A model generated the notes under the pieces. That model was not told where the DNA came from. It was given only the letters and a program-made list of their open reading frames with translations, and searched no databases. The position numbers and the translations under genes were made by a program. A DNA stretch of 64,000 nt from Prochlorococcus sp. AG-402-M18 (GTDB taxonomy: Bacteria; Cyanobacteriota; Cyanobacteriia; PCC-6307; Cyanobiaceae): contig QCIQ01000005.1 of the NCBI GenBank assembly GCA_003216595.1, positions 7,366 through 71,365 on the forward strand, written 5' to 3'. Position 1 is the stretch's first letter. The number at the start of each line of letters is the position of its first letter. Positions 1 to 7,468 of the stretch are shown here, one piece after another.

Positions 1-971
1 TCGCAGCTGGTGCCAACACACTTTGGGAGCTAGCTAGATACAACCCTGATATTCCAATGGGACATCAAGGAATGGTTAGTATCCCACACCTTGCTTCTAT
101 TGGTATTGGATTTGATCCAACTGGAACAGTATTCGATGGCACCTCAATTGCTTTTATAGGCGTATTCCATCTGATTTGTTCAATGGTTTATGCGGGTGCA
201 GGTCTATTACACTCTTTGATTTTTAGCGAAGACACCCAAAATAGTTCAGGTTTGTTTGCTGATGATCGTCCTGAGCATCGCCAAGCGGCAAGATACAAGC
301 TTGAATGGGATAATCCAGATAATCAGACTTTTATCCTTGGACACCATTTGATATTCTTTGGTGTTGCATGTATATGGTTTGTTGAGTGGGCACGAATTCA
401 TGGGATTTACGACCCTGCAATAGGAGCTGTTCGACAAGTCGAGTACAACTTAAACTTGACTAACATTTGGAACCATCAGTTTGATTTCTTGGCTATAGAT
501 AGTCTTGAAGATGTTATGGGTGGTCATGCATTCTTAGCATTTGTAGAGATAACAGGTGGAGCATTTCATATCGCTACTAAGCAAGTAGGCGAGTACACCG
601 AATTCAAAGGAAAGAACATACTTTCTGCTGAAGCGGTTCTTTCATGGTCTCTTGCAGGTATTGGTTGGATGGCGATTATTGCAGCTTTCTGGTGTGCAAC
701 AAATACAACTGTTTATCCTGAAGCTTGGTATGGCGAAACATTAGCTCTTAAATTTGGTATATCTCCTTATTGGATTGATACTGCTGATATGACTGGAGTT
801 GTTAGTGGCCATACTTCAAGAGCTTGGCTAACAAATGTTCATTACTATCTAGGCTTTTTCTTTATTCAAGGTCACCTTTGGCATGCAATACGAGCTTTAG
901 GGTTTGATTTCAAGAAGGTTACTGATTCAATTAGTAATCTTGATAACGCTAGGGTTACTCTTTCTGACTAA
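1..971 (+). CDS. pcb: Chlorophyll a/b-binding light-harvesting protein Pcb (CP43/IsiA family), 5'-truncated by the window edge
   Basis: The frame is open from base 3 (AAGANTLWELARYNPDIPMGHQ), upstream of the ATG at 57 used by the ORF track. It aligns along its length with the three complete paralogs downstream (KLEWDNPDNQTFILGHH, VHYYLGFFFIQGHLWHA). Stop at 969-971. Confidence 0.93.
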   Translation, partial: AAGANTLWELARYNPDIPMGHQGMVSIPHLASIGIGFDPTGTVFDGTSIAFIGVFHLICSMVYAGAGLLHSLIFSEDTQNSSGLFADDRPEHRQAARYKLEWDNPDNQTFILGHHLIFFGVACIWFVEWARIHGIYDPAIGAVRQVEYNLNLTNIWNHQFDFLAIDSLEDVMGGHAFLAFVEITGGAFHIATKQVGEYTEFKGKNILSAEAVLSWSLAGIGWMAIIAAFWCATNTTVYPEAWYGETLALKFGISPYWIDTADMTGVVSGHTSRAWLTNVHYYLGFFFIQGHLWHAIRALGFDFKKVTDSISNLDNARVTLSD

Positions 972-997
972 TTATTGGTTTAAGATTCCAATAAAAA

Positions 998-1029
998 AGA
1001 GCCTCGTCATATGACGAGGCTCTTTTTTT
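998..1029. terminator. Rho-independent terminator, probably bidirectional, shared by pcb copy 1 (+) and the 68-aa ORF (-)
   Basis: Perfect 13-bp stem agagcctcgtcat/atgacgaggctct. It is flanked by an A-run upstream and a T7 run downstream. Confidence 0.7.
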
Positions 1030-1062
1030 GTGTAAAAAAAATTAAAGGTGTTTTAACTTTCT

Positions 1063-1269
1063 TTAGTTTTTGTAATTTTCAGGCTTAGCCCAAGGATCGA
1101 TCCTTTTTGAATCATCAGAATAATAGAAGAATTGAGAAGCTCCAAATACTGCTCCAAGACCACAAAGAGCTGCGGCTATATTAAATCCACCGGATGGTTT
1201 GATTAAACCAATATCTGATGGGTGTGGAAGCTGAGTGGCAAAATCAAGAAGGTGAGAAAAATCAATCAT
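1063..1269 (-). CDS. Hypothetical small protein with one hydrophobic Gly/Ala-rich segment
   Basis: 68-aa ORF with ATG start. The hydrophobic stretch is FNIAAALCGLGAVFGASQFFYY. It ends next to the bidirectional terminator. I recognise no family. Confidence 0.4.
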   Translation of the reverse strand: MIDFSHLLDFATQLPHPSDIGLIKPSGGFNIAAALCGLGAVFGASQFFYYSDDSKRIDPWAKPENYKN

Positions 1270-1384
1270 TGAGTAAAAAAATTGTTTTTATTGTTAACCC
1301 AGGTGGCCACTATGCCAAACCCGTGTTTGAGGATACTACATTAATTTGTGAACTAACATTGAAAAACAAAATTTTCTTAGTCAT

Positions 1385-1579
1385 TTAAAACCCTTTTGGT
1401 CGTGATTTCTTCTCAGTAGGGAGACCATCATCAGTTTTTACATTGGGCCTGTAATTTTTTTGAAACAGATAAAAAAACACTGCTAAAAGACAAACTCCAA
1501 GCAGAACAAACCAAATTATTGTTGCTATATAAGGAAGTCCATGAAGGTCTTGTAGTTCGAGTTGTAAAGCAGATTTCAT
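1385..1579 (-). CDS. Hypothetical small single-pass membrane protein
   Basis: 64-aa ORF with a clear TM helix (YIATIIWFVLLGVCLLAVFFYLF) and a basic C-terminal tail. I recognise no family. Confidence 0.4.
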   Translation of the reverse strand: MKSALQLELQDLHGLPYIATIIWFVLLGVCLLAVFFYLFQKNYRPNVKTDDGLPTEKKSRPKGF

Positions 1580-1677
1580 TTTTTTATATTTAAATTTTTC
1601 TTTAGTATTTCCATGAAAACCTAGTTTAGTTGCGGGTTAAGGCAATTTAAAGAAAAAAAACTTTACTACTTCTGTAT

Positions 1678-1694
1678 AAGACCTTATTACTAAT
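1678..1694 (+). promoter_or_regulatory. Conserved pcb upstream motif, copy 1 of 3 (AAGACCTTATTACTAAT); candidate -10 region or operator
   Basis: The motif AGACCT[CT]TA..CTA.T recurs at a near-constant distance (75-81 nt) upstream of three pcb start codons. Confidence 0.35.
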
Positions 1695-1758
1695 AGTAGT
1701 TTTTGAATTGAGCTGCCTGTAAGGTGTGCTCACCGTATTACGCCAAAAATCTTAAATC

Positions 1759-2805
1759 ATGCAGACCTACGGAAACCCGGATGTCACCTATGGTTGGTGG
1801 GCTGGAAACGCTGGGGTTACTAACAAATCTGGTAAATTCATTGCTGCTCACATTGCGCATACTGGGCTAATAGCCTTTGCAGCAGGTGGAAGTACTCTTT
1901 GGGAGCTAGCAAGATATAACCCTGAGATCCCAATGGGTCATCAGAGTTCTATCTTTCTTGCTCATTTAGCTTCAATTGGTATCGGCTTTGATGAGGCTGG
2001 TGTTTGGACAGGAGCAGGAGTCGCTTCTATTGCCATCGTACATTTGGTTCTTTCCATGGTTTATGGAGCCGGTGGTTTATTGCATTCAGTGCTATTCGTA
2101 GGCGATATGCAAGATTCAGAGGTTCCTCAAGCTAGAAAGTTCAAGCTTGAGTGGGACAACCCAGATAATCAGACATTTATTCTTGGACACCATTTGCTTT
2201 TCTTTGGTGTGGCCTGTATATGGTTCGTTGAATGGGCACGAATTCATGGAATTTATGACCCTGCAATAGGAGCTGTTCGACAAGTTGAGTACAACCTTAA
2301 CTTGACAAATATTTGGAACCATCAGTTTGACTTCCTGGCTATCGATAGTCTTGAAGATGTCCTAGGCGGTCATGCATTCCTAGCATTCGTCGAGATAACA
2401 GGTGGAGCATTTCATATTGCAACCAAGCAAGTTGGTGAATACACCAAATTCAAAGGAGCTGGCCTTCTTTCGGCAGAATCAATTCTTTCTTTCTCTTGTG
2501 CAGGTATTGGTTGGATGGCAGTAGTGGCTGCTTTCTGGTGTGCGCAGAACACAACAGTTTACCCTGAGGCTTGGTACGGAGAAGCTTTGATCTTGAAGTT
2601 TGGTATTGCTCCTTATTGGATTGATAGTGTTGATCTTTCAGGAGGCCCTGCTTTCTTTGGTCATACAACTAGGGCTGCTCTAGCAAATGTTCATTATTAC
2701 TTTGGATTTTTCTTCCTTCAAGGTCATCTATGGCATGCTTTAAGGGCTATGGGATTTGACTTTAAGAAAGTTCTTAAAGAGCCTCTTCCAGCTCAGCTTT
2801 ATTGA
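1759..2805 (+). CDS. pcb: Chlorophyll a/b-binding light-harvesting protein Pcb
   Basis: 348 aa, N-terminus MQTYGNPDVTYGWWAGN. It has the six-helix CP43/IsiA-like pattern and HYYFGFFFLQGHLWHALRAMGFDF. A terminator follows. Confidence 0.95.
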   Translation: MQTYGNPDVTYGWWAGNAGVTNKSGKFIAAHIAHTGLIAFAAGGSTLWELARYNPEIPMGHQSSIFLAHLASIGIGFDEAGVWTGAGVASIAIVHLVLSMVYGAGGLLHSVLFVGDMQDSEVPQARKFKLEWDNPDNQTFILGHHLLFFGVACIWFVEWARIHGIYDPAIGAVRQVEYNLNLTNIWNHQFDFLAIDSLEDVLGGHAFLAFVEITGGAFHIATKQVGEYTKFKGAGLLSAESILSFSCAGIGWMAVVAAFWCAQNTTVYPEAWYGEALILKFGIAPYWIDSVDLSGGPAFFGHTTRAALANVHYYFGFFFLQGHLWHALRAMGFDFKKVLKEPLPAQLY

Positions 2806-2827
2806 TCCATCAAAAACAAAATGTTTT

Positions 2828-2857
2828 AAAGAGGAGATTTATCTCCTCTTTTTTTAT
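2828..2857 (+). terminator. Rho-independent terminator of pcb copy 2
   Basis: 9-bp stem aaagaggag/ctcctcttt with loop atttat, followed by a T-run. Confidence 0.7.
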
Positions 2858-3102
2858 TTTTATCTTTTAATTTTGGTCGATTTCAAAAAAAAATATTCGG
2901 TTTACAACGTTGAAATTTTTTTATCAAATGTTGTTAGATCTTCTTGATTGAGCTTTTTTGAATGATTAGTCGAGAATTTCACATATTTAAATTAAGCTAT
3001 AACTAGACTTTGGAAGATTTTTACTGTCTCCTTGAGTTGTTATCTCGGCTTCTTTAAAATCTTTTTAATTTTTGAAATGGGCAAAAATAGTCAAACTAAA
3101 TA

Positions 3103-3118
3103 ACGACCTCTAACTATT
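3103..3118 (+). promoter_or_regulatory. Conserved pcb upstream motif, copy 2 of 3 (ACGACCTCTAACTATT)
   Basis: Shares the 14-nt core GACCTCTAACTATT with the copy at 4397-4412. It starts 81 nt upstream of the ATG at 3184. Confidence 0.35.
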
Positions 3119-3183
3119 TTGCACATATCATTTCAGCAGCGTGTAATCTGCACGCATATTTCGCCTGTATCGCTTAAAAAATT

Positions 3184-4296
3184 ATGCAGAGCTATGGAAA
3201 TCCAGATGTTACCTATGATTGGTGGGCTGGTAATTCTGTGGTCACCAACCGCTCAGGCCGATTTATAGCCTCCCATATTGGGCATACTGGCTTGATCGCA
3301 TTTGCGGCTGGTGGAAGCACACTTTGGGAGCTTGCCCGCTATAACCCTGAGATCCCAATGGGGCATCAGAGCTCATTATTCTTGGCTCATTTGGCTTCAA
3401 TTGGAATTGGTTTCAATGAGGCAGGAACATGGACAGGTGTAGGAGTAGCTGCAATAGCTATTGTTCACTTGGTCTTATCAATGGTTTATGGAGGAGGAGC
3501 TCTCTTGCATGCAGTCTATTTCGAGGCTGATGTTGAAGAAAGCGAAGTGCCTCGAGCTAGAAAATTCAAACTTGAATGGGAAAACCCCGATAATCAAACT
3601 TTTATTCTTGGTCACCATTTGTTTTTCTTTGGTGTCGCATGTATATGGTTTGTTGAATGGGCAAGGATACACGGCATATACGATCCTGCGATAGGAGCCG
3701 TTCGTCAGGTTAATTACAATCTTGATTTGACAATGATTTGGGATCGACAGTTCGATTTCATTGAAATTGATAGTCTTGAAGATGTTATGGGTGGACATGC
3801 TTTCCTAGCCTTTGCTGAATTGACTGGAGCAACTATTCATATGGTGGCTGGTTCAACTCAATGGGAAAACAAGAGACTTGGGGAATGGAGTAAATTCAAA
3901 GGAGCTGAATTACTCTCAGCAGAAGCGGTTCTTTCATGGTCTCTTGCAGGTATTGGTTGGATGGCAATTGTGGCTGCTTTCTGGGCTGCAACTAATACAA
4001 CCGTATATCCAACAGAGTGGTTTGGTGAACCATTAAAATTACAGTTCTCTGTAGCCCCATATTGGGTCGATACTGGTGATCTTTCTGATTCCACAGCTTT
4101 CTTTGGTCATTCAACCAGAGCCGCTTTAGTAAATGTTCACTACTACTTTGGTTTCTTCTTTTTGCAGGGTCATTTTTGGCATGCTCTTCGTGCTTTAGGA
4201 TTTGACTTCAAGAAAGTTGCTGATGCTATTGGTAATAGTCAAGGAGCAACTGTTAGAGTTGAAGGAGCAGGTTTCAACGGAAGAGCACCAAGATAA
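3184..4296 (+). CDS. pcb: Chlorophyll a/b-binding light-harvesting protein Pcb, divergent paralog with an internal insertion and a C-terminal extension
   Basis: 370 aa, N-terminus MQSYGNPDVTYDWWAGN. It carries about 7 extra residues (HMVAGSTQWENKRLGEW versus HIATKQVGEY in the other copies) and a tail ending GATVRVEGAGFNGRAPR. Confidence 0.95.
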   Translation: MQSYGNPDVTYDWWAGNSVVTNRSGRFIASHIGHTGLIAFAAGGSTLWELARYNPEIPMGHQSSLFLAHLASIGIGFNEAGTWTGVGVAAIAIVHLVLSMVYGGGALLHAVYFEADVEESEVPRARKFKLEWENPDNQTFILGHHLFFFGVACIWFVEWARIHGIYDPAIGAVRQVNYNLDLTMIWDRQFDFIEIDSLEDVMGGHAFLAFAELTGATIHMVAGSTQWENKRLGEWSKFKGAELLSAEAVLSWSLAGIGWMAIVAAFWAATNTTVYPTEWFGEPLKLQFSVAPYWVDTGDLSDSTAFFGHSTRAALVNVHYYFGFFFLQGHFWHALRALGFDFKKVADAIGNSQGATVRVEGAGFNGRAPR

Positions 4297-4314
4297 ATTC
4301 AATTTTAAAACAAA

Positions 4315-4348
4315 AAATACCTCCCTTAGGGGGGGTATTTTTTTGTTT
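4315..4348 (+). terminator. Rho-independent terminator of pcb copy 3
   Basis: GC-rich stem atacctccc/gggggggtat with a 3-nt loop, followed by a long T-run. Confidence 0.65.
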
Positions 4349-4396
4349 TTTTTCAGTAAAAAGTGTTTTTTTGGTAAAAAAAGACAGATACCTATA

Positions 4397-4412
4397 AAGA
4401 CCTCTAACTATT
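4397..4412 (+). promoter_or_regulatory. Conserved pcb upstream motif, copy 3 of 3 (AAGACCTCTAACTATT)
   Basis: Same core as 3103-3118. It starts 77 nt upstream of the ATG at 4474. Confidence 0.35.
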
Positions 4413-4473
4413 CTGGTAAAAACAATTCCAATAAGTGTATGGTAGCCAAAATTTCGACTTTAATTCCTTAATT

Positions 4474-5529
4474 ATGCAGACCTACGGAAATCCAGACGTC
4501 ACCTACGGGTGGTGGGTTGGTAATTCTGTGGTGACCAATCGCGCAGGTCGATTCATAGGGTCACATATAGGCCATACAGGTCTTATTTGCTTCGCAGCAG
4601 GGGGAAGCACTCTTTGGGAGCTTGCTCGCTACAACCCAGAAATACCAATGGGACATCAAAGTTCCATATTTCTTGCTCATTTGGCTTCTCTTGGAATTGG
4701 CTTTGATGAAGCTGGTGCATGGACAGGAGCTGGTGTAGCAACAATTGCTATTTTTCATTTGATTTTTTCAGCTGTATATGGAACTGCTGGATTAGCTCAT
4801 TCACTTTTATTTGATCCGGACTTGAAGGATGGTCCTGTCCCTACCACTAAGAAATTCAAATTAGAGTGGGACAACCCAGATAATTTGACATTCATTCTTG
4901 GACATCATTTGATTTTCTTTGGTGTTGCCAATATTTGGTTCGTTGAGTGGGCAAGATGGCATGGTATTTACGACCCAGCCATAGGAGAAATCAGAACAAT
5001 CTTCCCTGGATATGGTGATTTTGGAATGGTTTACGGGCATCAGTTCGACTTCCTAACCATTGATAGCCTTGAAGAAGTAATGAGCGGACATGCATTCTTA
5101 GCATTCGTTCAAATAAGTGGTGGTGCATGGCACATAGCTACAAAACAACTAGGCGAATACACTGAATTCAAAGGTAAAGGATTGCTTTCAGCAGAAGCTG
5201 TACTTTCATGGTCTCTTGCTGGTATTGGCTGGATGGCAATTGTTGCTGCATTCTGGTGTGCACAAAATACAACTGTTTATCCAATTGATTGGTATGGAGA
5301 GCCTTTAGCTTTGAAATTTGGAATTTCTCCTTATTGGGTAGACACAGGAGATGTCTCAGATAGCACTGCGTTTTTAGGCCATACGACCCGAGCAGCATTG
5401 TCAAATGTTCACTATTACTTTGGATTTTTCTTTATTCAAGGTCATATATGGCATGCTCTTAGAGCAATGGGCTTTGATTTCCGCCGTGTTGTTGGATCAG
5501 TAGCTTCTCTAGCATCAACTGAGGGTTAG
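4474..5529 (+). CDS. pcb: Chlorophyll a/b-binding light-harvesting protein Pcb
   Basis: The ORF track starts at 4435, but the paralog-conserved N-terminus MQTYGNPDVTYGWW begins at the ATG at 4474, giving 351 aa. A terminator follows. Confidence 0.93.
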   Translation: MQTYGNPDVTYGWWVGNSVVTNRAGRFIGSHIGHTGLICFAAGGSTLWELARYNPEIPMGHQSSIFLAHLASLGIGFDEAGAWTGAGVATIAIFHLIFSAVYGTAGLAHSLLFDPDLKDGPVPTTKKFKLEWDNPDNLTFILGHHLIFFGVANIWFVEWARWHGIYDPAIGEIRTIFPGYGDFGMVYGHQFDFLTIDSLEEVMSGHAFLAFVQISGGAWHIATKQLGEYTEFKGKGLLSAEAVLSWSLAGIGWMAIVAAFWCAQNTTVYPIDWYGEPLALKFGISPYWVDTGDVSDSTAFLGHTTRAALSNVHYYFGFFFIQGHIWHALRAMGFDFRRVVGSVASLASTEG

Positions 5530-5554
5530 TAGATTCAAACGCAAATTTCAATCA

Positions 5555-5589
5555 AAAAGCCTCATCAAATTTGATGAGGCTTTTTATTG
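5555..5589. terminator. Rho-independent terminator, probably bidirectional, shared by pcb copy 4 (+) and the 145-aa ORF (-)
   Basis: Stem aaaagcctcatca/tgatgaggctttt, with an A-run before it and a T-run after it. Confidence 0.7.
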
Positions 5590-5603
5590 GAAAAAATATT
5601 TAA

Positions 5604-6041
5604 TTAAAAATTACTCGTTTTTATATCAATATTTTCATCATTAATTGAATCATCAGAATCTTTTTCTAATTCGCTAGTTAGTCGAATTTCAGGATTAGCA
5701 GTTACCTCAGGTTCAGAGGGTGCTTCAGGTTCAGGTTCAGAAGTTGCCTCAGGTTCAGCGGGTGCTTCAGGTTCAGCACTTACAACTGGTTCAGAGGGTG
5801 CTTCAGATTGTGAAACGGTTGATTCATCTTTCAGTTGAGTTGGCTTTTGATCTAATTTTGATTGAATGAACTCTTTAGCTATCAAAAAAAGCTTTTTAAA
5901 ATTTGAGGAGAGTTCTTTGAAATTTTCATATATATCTTTGAGAATGCTTTTGATCTCTTGAGCTTTTTCCCCTTTGTTAAAGAAAAGCAAAGCGGAAACT
6001 ACTAATAATGAGATTAATATGAAAATAAATAGTGCACCCAT
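5604..6041 (-). CDS. Hypothetical N-terminally membrane-anchored protein with an acidic Pro/Glu/Ala repeat region
   Basis: 145 aa. The N-terminal TM helix is ALFIFILISLLVVSALLFF. The repeat region reads EAPSEPVVSAEPEAPAEPEATSEPEPEAPSEPE and is encoded by reiterated ggttcag-containing units at about 5701-5810. Confidence 0.55.
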   Translation of the reverse strand: MGALFIFILISLLVVSALLFFNKGEKAQEIKSILKDIYENFKELSSNFKKLFLIAKEFIQSKLDQKPTQLKDESTVSQSEAPSEPVVSAEPEAPAEPEATSEPEPEAPSEPEVTANPEIRLTSELEKDSDDSINDENIDIKTSNF

Positions 6042-6150
6042 TTTTTTTAACAGTTATATATCATTAAGATCGCTCGTTATTGCGATGCTATCAAGTGTTT
6101 ATTTACATTGAACAACGAAAATAACCTTACATTTTTAAATTTAAGATTTT

Positions 6151-6559
6151 ATGAGTATTTAAATTTTTACGAATCTAGTCAAACTCATTATTTCTTTTGA
6201 TGGAGGGTGCTCTTTATGTAAAAGAGAGGCTGATTCCTTGCAATCAAAAAATCAAAAGAGATACCTAAGCTTTATTGATATAAATAGTTCTGATTTTTCT
6301 ATAGACTTTGAATACGGAATTTCTTATAAACAAGCGATGGAGAGAATCCATGCTTTCAAAAGTGATGGTTCAGTAATCAAGGATATTAAGGTCTTTCAAG
6401 AGGCTTATAGGTTGATTGGTTTAGGGTGGATTTACGCACCAACAAAAATTGTCCATTTTAGATAAATGTATTGATTTTATTTATGGATTGTGGTCTAAAT
6501 ATAGATTGAAAATAACTTTTCTTCCTTCTATCGAAAAGTTATGTGCTGAAATGCTGTGA
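6151..6559 (+). pseudogene. DCC-family thiol-disulfide oxidoreductase (DUF393), apparently disrupted
   Basis: The DGGCSLC motif lies upstream of the track ORF (6238..6465) in the same frame. That frame opens only after a TAA at 6160-6162, giving ATG-AGT-ATT-TAA. The family-like C-terminus (IDFIYGLWSKYRLKITFLPSIEKLCAEML) is in the +1 frame after an A5 run at 6444-6448. Confidence 0.55.
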
Positions 6560-6634
6560 CCTTTGCTGATTAAATGAATGGCTAATTTATTTAATAAAAA
6601 TTTTCAGCTTTAACTAAATAAGATAATAAATTTA

Positions 6635-6976
6635 CTATCCAAATGTTGAACTATTAAATCCCCAGTTTGAGGCTTGAACGTCGATAAATTCAATATAAAT
6701 CCTATTCTTATTTATATTCGTTTTAGATGCAATTAACTCGCATAAAGACTTGCTCATCGAGGAGGGGGTTAGAGAGCCAATTGATTTTACATTAATAAAA
6801 CAGCATGGTTCATCGGATCCAGCAAATGTCATCTTGATATCTCGTTGGATCATCGTCATTACATAATTTTCAGGTTTGCCTGTTAGATCAGCAACCATTT
6901 TAGAAATATCTTTTTGGAGCAAATCAACATTCTCTACATCACTTTTGGAGGATGTGTTGATTTGTATGAATGGCAT
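6635..6976 (-). CDS. MIF / tautomerase superfamily protein (macrophage migration inhibitory factor-like)
   Basis: 113 aa starting MPFIQINT, so Pro-1 would be exposed after Met removal. The length and beta-alpha-beta pattern are typical of MIF/D-dopachrome tautomerase homologs. Confidence 0.8.
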   Translation of the reverse strand: MPFIQINTSSKSDVENVDLLQKDISKMVADLTGKPENYVMTMIQRDIKMTFAGSDEPCCFINVKSIGSLTPSSMSKSLCELIASKTNINKNRIYIEFIDVQASNWGFNSSTFG

Positions 6977-7181
6977 GAGTGAATCAGTCTTTGTCAGATA
7001 CTAATACTTTAGTGCGATATTGAGTTTTATAAATCTAGAAACATCTAAGCAGGCCTCATTAAGAGCTCTCAGTAAAAATATTATTAAAATCTTAAAAAAA
7101 AAGAAAGATCCTGCTAATTCTCCTGTTACAGCCTCAAAAATTTTGTTTTTCTAGTAACTTAGTTGAGTCTTATCACGAAAA

Positions 7182-7361
7182 ATGAACCAGAATTTTCAAG
7201 CTATTGTTCAAGAAACTACAGAAGATAATTCTTCGAAAGATCAGACTTTTTTACTAGGTGGAGCTTTGATATTTTTTAATGTGTTTGTCATGTTATTCGT
7301 GGGGTTGTATTGGATGAATCCGGTAATGCATGAATTTATCTCCGGAAGACCTCTTTTGTGA
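7182..7361 (+). CDS. Possible small membrane protein (59 aa), below the ORF-track size cutoff
   Basis: ATG at 7182, stop TGA at 7359-7361. One TM helix (FLLGGALIFFNVFVMLFVGLYW). Same strand as, and just upstream of, the pentapeptide-repeat gene. I recognise no homolog. Confidence 0.3.
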   Translation: MNQNFQAIVQETTEDNSSKDQTFLLGGALIFFNVFVMLFVGLYWMNPVMHEFISGRPLL

Positions 7362-7468
7362 TAATCATTTAGATATTTCCTCTTACATTAATTTGTCTTA
7401 TCAATGTATATAAAATTCTTTAATAGGAGAGATAATTGCATTATTCAGGTGGATTATCATCTTTACTC

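Noticed and set aside
2756-2947. 63-aa plus-strand ORF overlapping the end of pcb copy 2 (and likewise 4202-4471 after copy 3)
   Set aside because: Both read out of frame across the pcb stop and through the intrinsic terminator hairpins into poly-T tracts, so they are not credible genes.
246-4758. Recurrent antisense ORFs inside every pcb copy (246-437, 2116-2322, 3478-3798, 4561-4758)
   Set aside because: They sit at equivalent positions because the paralogs share sequence. The peptides are low-complexity and there are no independent start or terminator signals. They are most simply chance open antisense frames that were copied along with the gene.
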